DNA of 6,036 bases, taken from positions 1 through 6,036 of IMG/VR virus record IMGVR_UViG_3300045988_006460. The stretch is one strand, 5' to 3'. This DNA is from a virus. Below the pieces are notes generated by a model. It was given only the letters and a program-made list of their open reading frames with translations, ran no database searches and was not told the DNA's origin. The stretch's first letter is position 1. Every line of letters starts with the position of its first letter. The translations under genes and the position numbers were made by a program. Of the stretch, positions 5,271-6,036 are shown piece by piece.

Positions 5271-5312
5271 TTTTTAACTACCTCTACTACTACGACTACA
5301 ACAAGTTAATAA

Positions 5313-5364
5313 ATATATGCGCGTGCGTGCGTGCGCGTCTACGTGCGCGTATGCGCGCGCATAC
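5313..5364. repeat. Alternating purine-pyrimidine (CG/TG/TA) tract, Z-DNA-prone, which is also an imperfect palindrome
   Basis: Strict R/Y alternation holds across 5313..5338 and again across 5340..5364, with a single phase slip at c5339. The arm 5316..5338 can pair with 5341..5363 at 23 positions, giving 18 Watson-Crick pairs and 5 G-T pairs. The tract includes the perfect palindrome TATGCGCGCGCATA (5350..5363). Confidence 0.8.
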
Positions 5365-5386
5365 CTTTGAGCGCTTTAGCGCGAAC

Positions 5387-5449
5387 CGGCACCGGATAGG
5401 TGCCGTGCCAATAGGGGGCACGGGGGACGCGAGCGGAACGCGGCCCCCG
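5387..5449. other. Three abutting GC-rich hairpins
   Basis: H1 is CGGCACC-GGATA-GGTGCCG (5387..5405). H2 is GTGCC-AATAGGG-GGCAC (5405..5421). H3 is CGGGGG-A-CGCG-AGCGGAA-CGCG-G-CCCCCG (5421..5449), with 10 bp and one A/G mismatch. On the plus strand H3 is followed by GATTTCTTGATAATTTC. Confidence 0.6.
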
Positions 5450-5490
5450 GATTTCTTGATAATTTCAATCACTGAATAGGCTGATACATG

Positions 5491-5507
5491 GAGCCTTTAA
5501 ACGGCTC
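5491..5507. other. Small hairpin GAGCC-TTTAAAC-GGCTC
   Basis: It has a 5-bp stem and a 7-nt loop, and it abuts the 14-bp hairpin at 5507..5542. Confidence 0.4.
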
Positions 5508-5542
5508 TGGCCCAGTACCTTACTTGATAGGTACTGGGCCAG
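5507..5542 (-). terminator. Perfect 14-bp hairpin 14 nt downstream of the VP4 stop: putative transcription terminator or ssDNA structural signal
   Basis: CTGGCCCAGTACCT (5507..5520) pairs perfectly with AGGTACTGGGCCAG (5529..5542) around the 8-nt loop TACTTGAT. No clear U-tract follows on either strand, so its function as an intrinsic terminator is uncertain. Confidence 0.45.
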
Positions 5543-5556
5543 GTGACACCAAAATC

Positions 5557-6036
5557 TTATAAACCGCCTTTTTGGAGTTTTACAGACTTTTTGACAACTC
5601 TTTCTTTTGTTTTTAAGTTCTCTGCGAAATCTGCATTTTCATACTTGAGCCGGTTTTGTTCGATTACTGCTTTCTGTCGGTTCCTCTTGATTCTCCATAA
5701 CCGTTCTGGATTTTCTGCTTCCATCATTTTTTCATAATATCGTGGAATTTGTGCTTGTTTTCCGTTGGTGCACTGGATATAGCCTTTTTTCCATATTTCT
5801 TCCTTGTGTTCTTGATAGTAGGAATCGCCTAGGCCCGGCTTCAGACTCATGCATGCAAATGGTTTCTGCTGGCCTAACTCGTAATACACGTTTGCTTTCT
5901 GGCCGTCAATTTCGTACATTTTTTTTGTAACGTATCCTGCAACATATCTATAGGTTTCCGGTGTTGCTTGTGCTATCTGGATTTGACCCATTCCCCATAG
6001 GTTGCACATCCATTTGCTTGTATAATATCCGTTGTG
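5557..6036 (-). CDS. VP4: Replication initiation protein VP4, C-terminal part. The full protein is 340 aa across the circular junction.
   Basis: The frame is continuous with 1..662 through the 119-nt overlap. It contains the two-tyrosine RCR motif 3, YVAGYVTKK (5920..5946, also present at 3..29), which closely resembles the active-site YVAKYVNK of the phiX174 A protein as I recall it. The stop is TAA at 5557..5559. The Met at 6009 in the ORF track is internal. Confidence 0.92.
   Translation of the reverse strand, partial: HNGYYTSKWMCNLWGMGQIQIAQATPETYRYVAGYVTKKMYEIDGQKANVYYELGQQKPFACMSLKPGLGDSYYQEHKEEIWKKGYIQCTNGKQAQIPRYYEKMMEAENPERLWRIKRNRQKAVIEQNRLKYENADFAENLKTKERVVKKSVKLQKGGL
5918..6036. 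repeat. Terminal direct repeat, copy 2 (identical to 1..119)
   Basis: Same as copy 1. This is a redundancy from linearising a circle, not a biological repeat. Confidence 0.95.

Noticed and set aside
5298-5330. dif/XerCD-type attachment site, as used by some integrating microviruses. Partial resemblance of CGCGCATAT... here, of GGTGCGC at 5082..5088, and of TAGAATATA at about 4942..4950 to E. coli or B. subtilis dif
   Set aside because: Only 7-9 nt of the XerC-side arm match, and the more conserved XerD arm (TTATGTTAAAT / TTATGTAAACT) is absent at the required spacing. There is no integrase gene either.
5414-5448. G-quadruplex, suggested by two GGGGG runs at 5414..5418 and 5422..5426 plus CCCCC at 5444..5448
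   Set aside because: There are only two G-runs of 3 or more on one strand. The runs are better explained as the stems of the hairpins at 5405..5421 and 5421..5449.
5246-5479. 77-aa plus-strand ORF in the intergenic region (GTG start)
   Set aside because: It has no SD. Its middle (CACVRARLRARMRAH) is simply the translation of the alternating CG/TG tract and the hairpins. It is on the wrong strand relative to every other gene.
44-5930. All plus-strand ORFs in the supplied track (for example 44..253, 406..654, 748..993, 1979..2263, 3516..3932, 3749..4063, 4225..4506, 5543..5737, 5742..5930)
   Set aside because: Each lies antisense to a well-supported minus-strand gene. None that I checked has a convincing SD. 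Their products are low-complexity, Leu/Phe/Cys-rich sequences typical of antisense shadow frames. Microviridae transcribe a single strand.
1-6036. CRISPR arrays, transposase/IS elements, integrase, rRNA/tRNA genes, toxin-antitoxin pairs
   Set aside because: There are no regularly spaced direct repeats. No ORFs have the motifs of these families. The only long repeat is the 119-nt assembly overlap.

Overview
This window is one complete circular ssDNA phage genome of the family Microviridae, Gokushovirinae-like in capsid size and gene content. It has been linearised with a 119-nt terminal overlap: 1..119 is identical to 5918..6036, so the unit length is 5,917 nt. All convincing genes lie on the minus strand and are tightly packed or overlapping. 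In transcription order they are: a near-consensus promoter (4945..4973), a 66-aa ORF, an M15-family zinc peptidase, a 38-aa ORF, a 75-aa ORF, a 33-aa highly basic ORF, a 79-aa ORF, a putative scaffold protein VP3, the major capsid protein VP1, the DNA pilot protein VP2 and the rolling-circle replication initiator VP4. VP4 is split by the linearisation point: its N-terminal part is 1..662 and its C-terminal part is 5557..6036. The plus-strand ORFs in the supplied track look like antisense shadows. Six things deserve a second look. (1) A 630-nt non-coding region (4927..5556), about a tenth of the genome, has three parts: a closed multi-stem element, an AT-rich block with repeated TTCAAC(A) motifs, and a GC-rich block with a 52-nt alternating purine-pyrimidine (Z-DNA-prone) tract and an array of hairpins. 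(2) A cell-wall peptidase sits in a microvirus with no recognisable holin, signal peptide or TM partner. (3) A GNRA-capped hairpin lies between the only Shine-Dalgarno and the VP2 start codon, and it also resembles an attenuating terminator after VP1. (4) Two small ORFs fall below the ORF-track cutoff, one of them J/ORF8-like and basic. (5) A block of orphan small genes sits next to the promoter. (6) A candidate internal promoter lies inside the peptidase gene. Nothing here was checked against a database. Family calls rest on motifs I recognise in the translations.
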